Source of the DNA: Alphaproteobacteria bacterium
GTDB taxonomy: Bacteria > Pseudomonadota > Alphaproteobacteria > SMXQ01
NCBI GenBank assembly: GCA_038145705.1
Contig: JAYQQF010000011.1
Span: 43,753 to 107,752, forward strand
DNA length: 64,000 nucleotides
Direction of reading: 5' to 3'
The first letter of the stretch is position 1; the number at the start of each line of letters is the position of its first letter. The translations under genes were made by a program, and so were the position numbers. Under the pieces are notes generated by a model. The model searched no databases and was not told the DNA's origin. It was given only the letters and a program-made list of their open reading frames with translations. Below are positions 62,959-64,000 of the stretch, piece by piece.

Positions 62959-64000
62959 CCCAATCGATTTCCGCTTCGAAGCGGCTGGTCGTCAAGATCG
63001 GCTCGGCCCTGCTTGCCGACGAACGCAAGGGACAGGTGCGCACGCGCTGGCTCGGCGCGCTGGCGCGCGACGTCGCCGCACTGAAAGCGCGCGGCACCCA
63101 GGTCGTGCTGGTGTCGTCGGGCGCGGTCGCCATCGGGCGCGGGCTTCTGGGCCTCGACCGGCCCAAGCTGCGTCTTGAGGAAAAGCAGGCGGCGGCGGCG
63201 GCCGGCCAGATCAAACTGGCCCACGCCTATCAGGCGGCCCTTGCGCGGCACGGCGTTTCCGTCGCGCAAGTGCTGGTGACCCTGGAAGACACCGAGGAAC
63301 GGCGGCGCTATCTCAACGCGCGCTCGACCATCGAAACCCTGCTCAAGCTCGGCGCCGTGCCGGTCATCAACGAAAACGACACAGTCGCCACCAACGAAAT
63401 CCGCTACGGCGACAATGATCGCCTCGCCGCCCGCGTCGCCGCCATGATCAGTGCCGACACGCTGGCGCTGTTTTCCACCATCGACGGTCTTTACACCGCC
63501 GATCCGGGCAGCGACCCCGACGCCGAATTCATTCCCGAGGTGCGCAAGCTCACACCGCAGATCATGGCCATGGCGGGAGACGCACCGCCGGGCTATTCGT
63601 CGGGCGGCATGGTGACGAAGCTGGAAGCCGCGCGCGTGGCGCTTGGCGCCGGCTGCCGCATGGTCATTGCCGACGGCCGCAAGGCGCATGTGCTACGCGA
63701 TCTCGACAAGGCGCCACGCAAGACCTGGTTCGTGCCCGAGGGCAGCCCGCGGGCCGCGCGCAAGCACTGGATCGAGGCCTCCCTGAAGCCGGCCGGCACA
63801 CTCACCGTCGACGACGGCGCGCTCAAGGCGCTGCGCGACGGCAAGAGCCTGCTGCCCGCCGGCGTGACGAAGGTGGAGGGCCGCTTCGACCGCGGCGATG
63901 CCGTCATCGTGCGCGACCGCACCGGGCGCGAGGTGGCGCGCGGCCTGATCGCCTATGCGGACGCCGATGCGCGCCTGCTGGCGGGGCATAAAAGCCGTGA
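62955..64000 (+). CDS. proB: glutamate 5-kinase (partial; C-terminus beyond window end)
   Basis: ATG overlaps obg stop (ATGA); [26 protein letters not shown]...[23 protein letters not shown]; not in ORF track because it runs off the edge. Confidence 0.9.
   Translation, partial: MTQSISASKRLVVKIGSALLADERKGQVRTRWLGALARDVAALKARGTQVVLVSSGAVAIGRGLLGLDRPKLRLEEKQAAAAAGQIKLAHAYQAALARHGVSVAQVLVTLEDTEERRRYLNARSTIETLLKLGAVPVINENDTVATNEIRYGDNDRLAARVAAMISADTLALFSTIDGLYTADPGSDPDAEFIPEVRKLTPQIMAMAGDAPPGYSSGGMVTKLEAARVALGAGCRMVIADGRKAHVLRDLDKAPRKTWFVPEGSPRAARKHWIEASLKPAGTLTVDDGALKALRDGKSLLPAGVTKVEGRFDRGDAVIVRDRTGREVARGLIAYADADARLLAGHKSR

Noticed and set aside
1-64000. Looked for mobile elements, integrase/transposase/recombinase, CRISPR repeats, toxin-antitoxin pairs, restriction-modification or other defence genes
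   Set aside because: No ORF with DDE/tyrosine-recombinase/HTH-transposase character and no regularly spaced direct repeats were seen; small ORFs are accounted for (DUF3008-like, secreted K-rich protein). The region reads as metabolic cargo; any island mobility machinery must lie outside the window or has decayed.

Overview
High-GC (~66%) alphaproteobacterial chromosomal segment, Rhizobiales-like by gene content; positions 1-60.5 kb are a densely packed accessory catabolic region and the right end (60.7-64 kb) is core housekeeping (tRNA-Ser, rplU-rpmA-obg-proB). I call about 58 protein genes and one tRNA. The catabolic region is organised as short operons with about 20 strand switches. It shows heavy paralogy: three alpha-only Rieske oxygenases, three tandem RraA-like genes, two class II aldolases, three PhtD-like (PBP-fold) decarboxylase-like genes, two TPP enzymes, three TctC/Bug binding proteins, two complete iron-type ABC importers plus an orphan binding protein, and two TauD/TfdA dioxygenases. 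Other genes include a LigB extradiol dioxygenase, UbiD decarboxylase, HpcH aldolase, Cys-type sulfatase, lone Mo-hydroxylase large subunit, HyuA/HyuB, bicupin, amidohydrolases, GMC oxidoreductase, crotonase, AKRs, a GntR/FCD regulator, MFS and DMT transporters and an orphan E1 alpha/beta pair. No integrase, transposase, CRISPR array or recognisable defence/TA system was seen. The most system-like candidates for undescribed biology are the TPP-UbiD-TctC-GntR unit, the Mo-hydroxylase-NMT1-cupin unit, the sulfatase-Rieske pair, the triple RraA operon and the amidohydrolase-SBP-HyuAB-bicupin operon. Most long extra ORFs in the six-frame track are antisense or alternate-frame artefacts of the high GC content. 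Start codons were placed by homology to in-window paralogs and SD motifs, so several are +/- a few codons.
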